Origin: Schizochytrium sp. TIO01
Taxonomy: Eukaryota > Protista > Bigyra: Labyrinthulomycetes
Direction: 5' to 3'
Length of the DNA: 64,000 bases
NCBI GenBank assembly: GCA_004764695.1
Contig: SMSO01000025.1
Span: forward strand, 620,001-684,000
This document shows positions 23,346-33,024 of the stretch, piece after piece (position 1 is the first letter of the stretch; every line of letters starts with the position of its first letter). A model generated the notes under the pieces. The model worked only from the letters and a program-made list of their open reading frames with translations. It was not told where the DNA came from and searched no databases. Both the position numbers and the translations under genes were made by a program.

Positions 23346-25247
23346 TTATGAAGAGGGTGTCGATTTAACATCGCTGGTAAGGTCCCAGCCGTGCTTCTTC
23401 TTGACCTGCTCAAGGCGACGATCGCTCATACGCATTACGCGTTCTTCGTAACTATCACAGAGGGGACGATCAAAAAGTTTGACGTATTTGGCTGAGATCT
23501 TCGCAACACGACCTGGTTTACGTGGTTGCGCGGGAGGGAAGTCTGTTGGAATCGGAACGCAATCCAAAGACTCCTTAAAAGGAATTTTCTTGCCGTCATC
23601 ATCAACGACAGGGGCCCGAGTGTCAAGAAAGTCGATAACACCTCGTGTCATTGCGGCAGTAATAGAACTCTTGGCTTCACGGAGCTCAAGGCGTTTTCGG
23701 AGCTCAGCAAGAACCTTGGGGTTGTAGTAAAAGTTTACATCACTTTCGGAGTACTCACTCTCGTAGAGAACAAGAGGAAGCTCGGATGCAATCTCATAGA
23801 CTGGTTTCCGCGGGTTCTGCTCAATGTCAAGGAGTGAAGTAACTACCGAGGCTTCCTCAAGCCCTTGTCCGACAAGAAAGAGCACAGAGACAAGACAGCG
23901 AATCTGATGCCAAAGGAAGGCCGAGCCACGGACACGAAAGTAGCACATCTTTTGTACGCCTGGAGCGTCTTGGCACTGCACAATATCTGCTGCCTCAATC
24001 CGGCGTACAAAGTTCTTGACATTGTCTACATCCATTTTACAAAAGTGGCGGAAGTCGTGCGTGCCCACTAGAAGATCAGCAGCCTTTTGCATAGCCTCCA
24101 AATCTAGTTCACGAGCCATAAAGTAGTACCTGTATGTGCGAGTCTCGCAGTTGAAGCGTGCCTGGAAGTCACTACTTGGTGCTGGGGCCCAGCCCAGTAC
24201 AAAAATGTCATCCGGAAGGAGTCTATTTAGGATAACAGGGTAGTCAATTTCATTTGCATCATCACTGGCTGCCTTGTCATTGCCATCCTTATTGCCGTTG
24301 TTATTATTGACCCCTGCATTAACGTTAGCATTACTGTCATTGTTAGCGTCGTCGTCGTTGTCACTCTTAGCCTTCTTCGTCTTAGGCGGCCTCGTTTTGG
24401 TTGCCGGAATAGTTGAGCTTTCTGGGAGAGGTTTTTCTAGCTGCGAGCGTACAGTGAGAGTAATAACCTGTCCTAACGCGGATACACCCACGTCCGTTCT
24501 TCCACATCTTGAATATTTTGCCGAGGCTCTATCTGTGATGAGACAGGCCTTCTTGAGTGCCTGGAACAGGTGCTGTTCAATTGTATCTGGCGTTGTGTCT
24601 TGCACTGCAAGACCCCTGTATGCTTCACCAAAGTACGCTAAATGCAGCGAGATGTGCCTTTGTGCAAAGTACGCCATGTCAAAACCTTTTTGACCACCCT
24701 GCTTCTGTGCCTTGTCCTTCTTCTTGTTGTTCTTCTGACCTTCCTCACAGACATTTGATCTCCCAGCTTCCCCAGATGCTTGATCATCATCTTCGGAACG
24801 TCGTTTTTTCTTCTGAGGCATCATATCCCCTTTCAGAGTGAAAGAGGAGGCGACGACATCTTGCGCTCCTTCTTGTTGGCCGACAGTGGTGGCAGGTGGC
24901 GCTGAAGTCGCTGAAGATCCTGGAAGAAAGCTTGCAGGTGCGACCTGGGCTACGGCAGCCTTTACTGCATCTTCTCCATGGCTTTCCGCAAGCCGCTGTA
25001 CGATGGCCTTGAGCTCAAAGCGTGACAGCCGCCGCAGCCAGTCGCCACCAACACTCATATCTGTCTCCAATACCGCCACTTCTCCAACTCCCGGTTTTTC
25101 TGTTGCTGTTGGATCCTTGCAGATCTCTTCCCTGCTTTCCACAGCAACGTCAACTCTGCTGTTGATCACCTCTGCGTCCACGCGGACCTCGCTTTCAGAC
25201 CCCTCGTGCTTCATGGGTTGCTTGCTGATTTGCTCGGCGCTCTCCAT
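23346..25247 (-). CDS. PUS3: tRNA pseudouridine(38/39) synthase, TruA family (Pus3/Deg1-like)
   Basis: Motifs AYFGEAYRGLAVQ, YSRCGRTDVGVSALGQV (catalytic Asp), LNRLLPDDI, ARFNCETRTYRY, GTHDFRHFCK and GSAFLWHQIR. The start is probably MESAEQ (25247) rather than 25325. Confidence 0.92.
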   Translation of the reverse strand: MESAEQISKQPMKHEGSESEVRVDAEVINSRVDVAVESREEICKDPTATEKPGVGEVAVLETDMSVGGDWLRRLSRFELKAIVQRLAESHGEDAVKAAVAQVAPASFLPGSSATSAPPATTVGQQEGAQDVVASSFTLKGDMMPQKKKRRSEDDDQASGEAGRSNVCEEGQKNNKKKDKAQKQGGQKGFDMAYFAQRHISLHLAYFGEAYRGLAVQDTTPDTIEQHLFQALKKACLITDRASAKYSRCGRTDVGVSALGQVITLTVRSQLEKPLPESSTIPATKTRPPKTKKAKSDNDDDANNDSNANVNAGVNNNNGNKDGNDKAASDDANEIDYPVILNRLLPDDIFVLGWAPAPSSDFQARFNCETRTYRYYFMARELDLEAMQKAADLLVGTHDFRHFCKMDVDNVKNFVRRIEAADIVQCQDAPGVQKMCYFRVRGSAFLWHQIRCLVSVLFLVGQGLEEASVVTSLLDIEQNPRKPVYEIASELPLVLYESEYSESDVNFYYNPKVLAELRKRLELREAKSSITAAMTRGVIDFLDTRAPVVDDDGKKIPFKESLDCVPIPTDFPPAQPRKPGRVAKISAKYVKLFDRPLCDSYEERVMRMSDRRLEQVKKKHGWDLTSDVKSTPSS

Positions 25248-25466
25248 CGCTTTCTCATAATGCATACTAATACACAAAATTTGTAGTAGATTCTTTGAAA
25301 TTACAAAATGCATACTAATACGCAATATTCGCTCCTAAAGCTAAATCGCCATTTCGGGCTTGGAAAGTTTGAGTTCAATTTGTGATCTCTAGATCCGCAA
25401 GTCTTTCACATCTTGAGGTTTTGGTCGCCAAATCTTTGGAAGTAGCTAGCAAAAATATCGCACGGC
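25248..25466. promoter_or_regulatory. Short divergent (putative bidirectional) promoter between PUS3 and the 220-aa gene
   Basis: Only about 220 bp separate two head-to-head ATGs. The gap contains the 15-bp direct repeat AATGCATACTAATAC at 25259 and 25307. Confidence 0.45.
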
Positions 25467-26129
25467 ATGGACACTGCCTCGCGGCGCCGTGAAACTCTCC
25501 TGGCACCGCTTCGAGCAAGGTTTGGGCCGGAGGCTTCCATGGAAGCCCTCATGGAGGTTGCCGTACAAGAGGATGCAGCAGCGGGTGACGTTGAAGAAGG
25601 CGTCAGAGCGAAGGTCAAGAAGCTGAGGTTACAACTTGCGGGGGGAAGGGGCGAGGCTGCACTATGGACACGCGTAGATGAGGCGGCTGCAGGATTGGAA
25701 ACGGTGCTGAGATACCTCCGGAACGAGCTGGAGAACAATGTGGCCCTCGAACGCAGCTGGCGCTTTGCGAAGGAGCTTGAGGCAGCCAATGCTACCGCAA
25801 GACCTTCTTTGCTATCTTCAGGGAGCCCAGTCTTAAGACCTGTAGCAGGAACTCAATCAACATCCCTTGCTGCTCTTGAGGAGGCTTGCGGAGCATCTGT
25901 CAAAGCGTATTCTGCGCTGGGCGATGAGCTGGTGGCAAAGCTACACTGTCTAGACGTGCTTCGAAAGGATGTTGAAGGTGCTGTAATAAGACTCGAGGCG
26001 CTCGTAGAAGAACTAGAGGCAGCTGGGGATGACAGTTCGACTCTGCGCCAGCTTGTGTACCAAAAGCGAGAACTGGCGAATGGAGCCCGCAGGGTAGCAG
26101 CAGCGCTTCAACAGGAGCTCGAGCCCTAA
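25467..26129 (+). CDS. Hypothetical alpha-helical/coiled-coil protein (220 aa)
   Basis: GC-rich ORF with Ala/Glu/Leu-rich heptad-like composition, flanked by AT-richer DNA. No family recognised. Confidence 0.7.
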   Translation: MDTASRRRETLLAPLRARFGPEASMEALMEVAVQEDAAAGDVEEGVRAKVKKLRLQLAGGRGEAALWTRVDEAAAGLETVLRYLRNELENNVALERSWRFAKELEAANATARPSLLSSGSPVLRPVAGTQSTSLAALEEACGASVKAYSALGDELVAKLHCLDVLRKDVEGAVIRLEALVEELEAAGDDSSTLRQLVYQKRELANGARRVAAALQQELEP

Positions 26130-26822
26130 ACAGCGCTCTGATAAACTTTCTAAATTTGCGTCTTTGACCTTCTGCATATTATTATGAGTGATGGTATGGA
26201 ACCATCTCCTTATACCTTTTCACGTTACAACAAGTGCCATATTTCCTTCACATAACGCAATACATGATGGAGTAGCTTCAGCATTAGCCGTAGGAAAGTT
26301 TAACTATGTCTATTCCATGGTGGCTAATATGGCTGCACATGTACACTAGATAAATATAGTCTCTTACAGAATAGAAGGTCATCTGCGGCAGGATAATAAA
26401 GATAAAACAACTTGCACGTTTATGAATTACGAGATTTATATATTCCATACTTGGGTTACCCTCAGGAACCTCCTATACGAGAAGACATGTTGTTTTCTTT
26501 TCTTCTCTGTGTTGTCTGTAGTCAGTGCAGCGCCCATGCCAGGCCAACTGTCAATTATACCTCCTCTACTAAAAGAAAGAACCGGCTACTCTATCTACAC
26601 TAAGCCCTATTTTCAAATGAATGTTTTGGTGATATAGCAAAAGGTTTAGCAAATCTCGCAGTTGCCATAATGACGAAGTACGGTGGATAGATTGAGGCCC
26701 TGGCTTTTCTGTCTCAAGGTTGCTGTTAAAATCTAAAATCATTATCCTAAGGACCTAAAAGACATACTGCATCTTGGCTATGGCAATTTCGCCCTGATCT
26801 ACTTACATGGTATAGTAGCTCC

Positions 26823-27359
26823 TTATAAAATGAGGCCTGTATTCACTTGCGATAGACCATCGGTTGCCTTAAACTTCTGAGCAGCCTGGTTCTCAGGAAT
26901 CTGCTCTTGATTGATGTTTAGCACAGGATCTAGTGCAACTGTTTTCACCATCTCATCCTGCTGTTGCTGATCAAGTGGCTTTGAAGCTGGGACTGGAGAT
27001 TTTTCAAGGTGCACAGGTGGCTGATGTGTGAGCAGCACTGGCGTTTTGCCAGTCCCGTCTCCAATTGCTGGAGGTAGGTTGATAGGTAGCTCTTGCGGGG
27101 CTTCGGCTGCAGTCTCCCCGCTCTGAGCTTTCTCTAAAATATCCCTCAGCTTTGCCAGTCGACACCTTTTTATCGCCAGCGCTTTTATGTTTTCATCCAC
27201 GGCGACGGCGAGGTCGTCATCAGGTCCGTCCTCCTTGATGAAGTTCTCTAGCTCGCGGTTGGACCTCTCCAGATGTTCGATCGCATTTTCTAGCTCCTTG
27301 ATGTCCAACTCCAGTACGGACGGACCTGAGGTCACAGGTACGTCACCAGCACTATCCAT
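26823..27359 (-). CDS. Tma17/Adc17-like small coiled-coil protein
   Basis: IKELENAIEHLERSNREL...AVDENIKAL resembles the recalled yeast Tma17 core (EIENSINHLQRSNARL...SVRENEIVL). The protein has a short hydrophobic C-terminal tail (TGLIL). The start was taken at MDSAGD (27359). Confidence 0.6.
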   Translation of the reverse strand: MDSAGDVPVTSGPSVLELDIKELENAIEHLERSNRELENFIKEDGPDDDLAVAVDENIKALAIKRCRLAKLRDILEKAQSGETAAEAPQELPINLPPAIGDGTGKTPVLLTHQPPVHLEKSPVPASKPLDQQQQDEMVKTVALDPVLNINQEQIPENQAAQKFKATDGLSQVNTGLIL

Positions 27360-28810
27360 TCTTTCCGACTGTTGATGGTTCTGATAGTCTTTATTTATTC
27401 TGGGTATTTGCATAGAGAGAGGTTGAACGTTCAAATGATTTTTGATTTGTGACTGAGGAACACTCTCTGCCACAATTGGTACTAGCTCTACTACGTACCT
27501 AGGATACCATAGCAGGAAAGAAAAAATAGATTGGTTACCTTGCCCTCCTTGCTTTGGGAGCACTCTCAGGCAGCTACTATCAGTCTCTTGTAAGTTAGGC
27601 AAAACATCACGCCAAAAACGCCTATGTGATGATGGAAAGTGGCCGTGTATCTCCACAACTGAAGTTCTTTACAATTTTGCAAACAAACGGGCCGTTGCGA
27701 TGCCTGAGAAAAGGGAGAGGAAGCAGGATATGGTTTGGAAGTTGTAAACCTGAAATTTCTCTCAGGTTTATGCACTGTAGTACTTCACTATGTTAGAGCT
27801 GGAAACAGGACCTACACATGCTGCTGAGAAAGCAAGATATCATATCTATTTGATCTGCTGCTGAGAACATCCCGACTATAAATAAAATCCTCTAACCAAA
27901 GTGCAACACCTTACCTCACCTGAGTCTACGCATAGAGGCCTAATGAGCAACGTTTAGAGCTATATATGATTTAATGTCGTTTTAAAGTTTAGCAACTTCA
28001 ATAGCTAAAATTGATATTCGTTACCTTTTAAAACATGAATTCTTCATGAGATATCACCGGGGAAATCATTGTGAATTCTAAAATACTTTGACGTTTAGAT
28101 AAGTGAACAGTTCAGAATATGAAACATAGTGAAATTGATTGATATGATTCTTTTTAAAGCAGGGGGTAAATCTTTGCTAATTCTTACACCTCAAAGACGC
28201 ATCCAATCAGGGCACTCATTTTGTGGACAACATGGGGCTAGAGTTTCCAACAGTCTTAAGTTAGACTTTTTAAGTGCGAGTATTGTCCATATAATTTGGC
28301 TTATGCCTATCAATGCTTATATTAATTAAGTAGAGTTTCAACACAACGTATCTGGTTGATTGTAGCAATCCAAAGCCCGGTTTGACAACTGTGAACCGCT
28401 ATAAAACGAAAATTCATTAGAGCCGAATACGTCAAAATAAGTCTAATTAAGTCCAAATAAGTCTGTATGTGCATCAATTCACCTCTGTATCTAATTTTAA
28501 TCCCAATTCTCGATCGTAAATTAACAAGCCCATCGCCATCCACCTTTTAAAATGGACAATGGAATCCATGACCCTGTCCTTACCTTTCTAGCTTGTCTTT
28601 ACCCAAATTTTAGTACGCGACTATGATATAGTGTACGATTTCTACAGTAAAATTGCAAACCTAACTCTTGAAGAATACTTAAGTGCCCATCAGCCATGAG
28701 ATTCACGCTCAGAAGAAGCTTTCCATATTCATCTGCATTTGCAGTTGCAGCTTTTTTACCCTGCAATCAAAGGCCTGGCCTGGACACCACACCTAAGTGA
28801 GCTTTGCCAA

Positions 28811-31285
28811 TTAAGGATTTATATTTGGGAGGCTGTGACTTCGGCGAAGGCCAGAATAGTTTCGAGTATCTTGGGAACCTGTTGTAGAAGCTATGTAACC
28901 AGTATGTTGCCACCAGCGCTCGTTAGCTCCCTCGATAGTAAGGAGTGCTCCGCTGTTAAGGATAGTATTACGTCCTACCGATGTGCCAAAATCATATTTA
29001 CCTTTTCTATTTGGCCCTTCACGCTTGCGAGCCCAAAGGTTTGCCCACCATCCTCTCTTTGATTTATATTCACTAATATGCTCTCGTAAAATGGGGACGG
29101 CACCATCAGACTTTCGCTCTTTGATCTCATAAGAGCTTGCTGGTAAGCATTTTGCGCGCCAACTAATTTGCTGAGGTGCTTCTTCTGCACGAAATAAAGC
29201 ATACTCACACATTTCGTTGTCTCCTCGCCAGTTAAGTTTCTTCTTCTGCATTGACTTACGTCTTTGAAGCAAACCATCAGATAAAGCTTCAATATTCCCA
29301 CGCCGTGCACCCGACCCAGGAAGCCATGCCACAACACTTGACCTTAATGACTGTATAGTTGGTGAGCTGAACCGTCCGCCTACCTTGTGATTAAGTTCAA
29401 TGTTTATCTTAGGCTTCTTTAAATTAAAAACGGAAGCTTCTTCAGGAGGCAAATATGTAAAGTTTTCCTGGCCATGTCTATGTTGGAGGCGTTGTTGTCC
29501 AATCTGCAGACTCATTGCAATATTTGGATCGCTATCACTTCTGCGAATTGAGTTGTTACGATGGACTTCTAAAGTGCTCTTTTGAGGTTTGTGCGGAGAA
29601 ATGTTGCCTGGTTTCTTCTGGGGAAAAGTGTTGTTGCTGCCGTAATATGGATTAGGCTGTGATTTAGAGCGGGATCGTCCAGTTTCAAAAGACGGAGTGC
29701 GATTGTCTACAAGTTGAGAAGTGACTCTGGAGTCAGGTATTGTCGAAGCACGATAGCGCCCACTATCAGAAGAATAAAAGCTATGATTTTCTCGACACAT
29801 TTGCACCTGGGTTGATTTTCCCATATACTTAGGTTGAGTACTGTATGCCTCTTCCCTTTGTTTCAAATCATCCGAAGTGGCCCGGCTGACATAACTTGAG
29901 GGGTAACTTGCTACCATAGAGCTTTGCCCGGTTGTTTCTGAAGAGTGATGGTTCAGACCTACGTTGACGCGCTGAGGGATGTAGACAAACCTACTGTTGG
30001 AGTCAATATCTACTGGATTTTGAACGTTTTCACTGGTCGAGCAGGATGAATTTAGTAAAACCCTTTGAGGCATCTCGGCATCTCTTGGAATGTGCTGTTC
30101 GCCACGATTTCCTTTGGTACTGACATTTTGGTGTTTCTTTCCAATCTCATCACTCAGATAGACATACGGATTTGGAGGCTGCATTTTATAACAAAAAGTC
30201 GGATCCGCAGCCCGGGGAAAATGAAGACTCGGGTTCTGGCTTACAGACTGAGATAACGTGGATTGAAAATACCTTGGTGAAGTACTGTACTTACTTGTCA
30301 TCTGCGATGGTGACCCAGACTTTACAGAGTTGTTAAAGTTTTGTCCCTTATGTATGAAAAAAGACGGGCTCGATTCTAACGTGTCAATATGTTGTTTTGG
30401 TTTGTAAGTGTTCTGAGACTTTCCCTGTCGTTTTGATTCCTTATTGAAAAGACTAAATGATTCTATTGGGAAATCTGTGTGTGCCTTTTCCTCGCTATGA
30501 TCTTGGTTTGGTGAAACGCGATCCAGTTCTTCTTTTTTATCATTTCTTTCTTGGTATGGATTCCAAGCAGTGTCAAGGTTGATATCTGTTACGGTCAGAA
30601 CCTTAATGTTTGAAATCTTTGCAGAACGTCTATAAGTTAAGTTTGGAGATCGTGGTCCAGCATACAACTTTGAGTATTGCCTTTCGTGACTAGAACTGTG
30701 CCTTTCACGATTTGTTGAAGACTCCAACACTACATTTTGAGGAGGCAATCTTTGAGTTTTAAGATCCTCTTGGCCTAGGCTGCTATAACATGCCAATTGT
30801 TTTGATTGATCTCCATCCTGAAATGAATGATTGTCTGTTTTTGGAATCGAAGAAGAGGTCATGTATCGGCAGCTGGTATTGTATAAGTCTGATTTCTGCT
30901 GCATTTGAGTTTTATCGCTTAATATTTGATTTTGGACGTTCTTTGTGCAGTGCAAGTCTTTGGAGACGTAAGAGACTCTATAGTCATATTTATGATTTTT
31001 GAGTGGCGCCTGAGACGGCGCAGACAGGGAAGCTTCCATATCATTTCGTTGGCATCGGCCGAAGTTAAGTTGAAGTGAGCCTGGATCTGCGAAATCAGGT
31101 TGTTCATTGAAAGAACGTCGACGTTCAGTATGTATGACGTTTGGCTCTGCTATTTGATCCAAAACAACATTCGCCTCAGTATGCTTTACGACGCCCGGGT
31201 CTTCCTTATACTCGTATCTTCGTAGAGTAATGCCGCACCCAGGTATTTGCCAGGGCTCTCGTCTCTCTTCGAATGTAAACGACAT
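28811..31285 (-). CDS. Hypothetical Ser/Gln/Pro-rich, largely disordered protein (824 aa)
   Basis: A 2.5-kb open frame is very unlikely by chance. Composition is low-complexity and no domain was recognised. Confidence 0.7.
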   Translation of the reverse strand: MSFTFEERREPWQIPGCGITLRRYEYKEDPGVVKHTEANVVLDQIAEPNVIHTERRRSFNEQPDFADPGSLQLNFGRCQRNDMEASLSAPSQAPLKNHKYDYRVSYVSKDLHCTKNVQNQILSDKTQMQQKSDLYNTSCRYMTSSSIPKTDNHSFQDGDQSKQLACYSSLGQEDLKTQRLPPQNVVLESSTNRERHSSSHERQYSKLYAGPRSPNLTYRRSAKISNIKVLTVTDINLDTAWNPYQERNDKKEELDRVSPNQDHSEEKAHTDFPIESFSLFNKESKRQGKSQNTYKPKQHIDTLESSPSFFIHKGQNFNNSVKSGSPSQMTSKYSTSPRYFQSTLSQSVSQNPSLHFPRAADPTFCYKMQPPNPYVYLSDEIGKKHQNVSTKGNRGEQHIPRDAEMPQRVLLNSSCSTSENVQNPVDIDSNSRFVYIPQRVNVGLNHHSSETTGQSSMVASYPSSYVSRATSDDLKQREEAYSTQPKYMGKSTQVQMCRENHSFYSSDSGRYRASTIPDSRVTSQLVDNRTPSFETGRSRSKSQPNPYYGSNNTFPQKKPGNISPHKPQKSTLEVHRNNSIRRSDSDPNIAMSLQIGQQRLQHRHGQENFTYLPPEEASVFNLKKPKINIELNHKVGGRFSSPTIQSLRSSVVAWLPGSGARRGNIEALSDGLLQRRKSMQKKKLNWRGDNEMCEYALFRAEEAPQQISWRAKCLPASSYEIKERKSDGAVPILREHISEYKSKRGWWANLWARKREGPNRKGKYDFGTSVGRNTILNSGALLTIEGANERWWQHTGYIASTTGSQDTRNYSGLRRSHSLPNINP

Positions 31286-33024
31286 TGACTCAAATCAGTG
31301 TGTAGCACGACAACTCACGAAGCGTGCTTCAATGCCGATTGGAAACTGACTCTCTTACCTAGGTCTGGAGACTATCTATTCAGAGGAAGATTTAAATCTT
31401 ATTATTGAAGTAGTAAATGATAATAGACATCTATTCTGCTAGTGTTGTTGAAATAGCTTTGATTACTAAAAGATACATACGTATACCCTTTGTGTAAGTG
31501 CACAGCCTCCTGACAGGTCGAGAACTTGTCGTGTACACGAGTGTTATCATCATCATGTGACACATACGCATATAGATCCGGTTCCATTTTGTATCCGTTT
31601 GGTGGAACATATGTTATTCCTATTGCAGAAGGATAAATTTAATTCATATAAATTAGCAGTAGTAAGCAGTGCTCAAATGCTCTAATGATGCGAACCCTGT
31701 GGTCAAACTTGGTTTATATGAAAGGTACTTGCCATTGAATTTGGAAATATGTGACTTGACTCATATTCTTGATGGTAGTCCAGCTTCCTTCGGAGTAACA
31801 ATCCAAAGAGTCCACTTGACACATTTGTGTCCATGAGAAGAAGTGCAATTTTCTTTTTAAAACGTTGAATCAAGAACATTTTTTTTTGTAACGGATAAAA
31901 TTAAAATCTCAAAACCTTGCCCCCAGGAATCATCTATTGCTGAAACTTAAGGCAAAGCATTCGCTTACAGAGTATTGTATTCAAGCATACACACTGTAAC
32001 AAATTTGAACCGGGTCTACATTTTATTTAACTTTTCTTTTTTTTGGGGGGGGGTGGTTCTAGTTTTATTCTTGGTGTCACCAGGGTTTTTGTTCTATTTC
32101 CAGAATTTCATTGGCCTATGCTATCGCCAGGAAACGCTTTCTTTCTAGCCCATTTTATTCCAATGGGTGCTCTGTTTCTTCTTTTGTTTCTATTTTCAGT
32201 CTTCCTATTAATCTGGCTTTGTATGAACAAATCGTTAAGTAAAACGCAGTTAGTGATATTTGGCGATTTAGCGTGGAGCGATTAGCGAGGGATGGATAAA
32301 TAAATGAAGGAAAGAATAGTTTAGGATTAACATTAAAAAACCACTGCCGAAGTCTGTGAAGTCCAAGCCTTGGAGTGAGCATGTTCTTTTCGAGATATTC
32401 TAGTAAATACACACATACTTGTAAACTTTTCCTGAGAAACTTCAATACCGCCTCAACATAAAGCGGCAGAAAATATGAATGAGTTTAGCTAGCCCCAAAG
32501 TATGTCGCTCTCGCCAAACGCTTCTCTAGATTCTAGAGTTGACATCTCTATTTTTATCTTTCTTTCAAAAGTCGTCATGTTGTGTTTTAATTAAAATAAT
32601 ATGCAGCCAAGAATCTAACCTCACCTAACCTAATCTAGCTCTCCTGTCCGACACTCTTCAGTTCGACTCTAAACATTCTGCAAATACCCAGCCCGATCCG
32701 GAACCCCAATAACATAATTAGCCTCCTCCTCTTTCTCCTGAGCTTGTCATCCTTGTCAGACTACCTCTGCACGCTCCACTACATGAGCTAACTTGCAATA
32801 GTTTTTAATCAATCTTTTAGTATGGGTACTCGTATTTGTCATGATGAAGTGATTTGAATGAGTTATCGATTTGTTGCATCACCCAAGAGCGTATAATTAT
32901 CAAAGTTATAAGAAAAGGAGAGGACAACACTAAAACCGAATAAAACCAAACAAAAGAAGATTAGTAAGTACAATTTTTTAATTTAAAATAAGAAAGAAGA
33001 ATAGGTCGGTAAATTTTGGTAAAT

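Noticed and set aside
29190-29260. KKKLNW...EYALF in the 824-aa protein as a PP1-docking RVxF-like motif
   Set aside because: It has Leu rather than Val/Ile at the key position, and short motifs arise by chance in disordered proteins.
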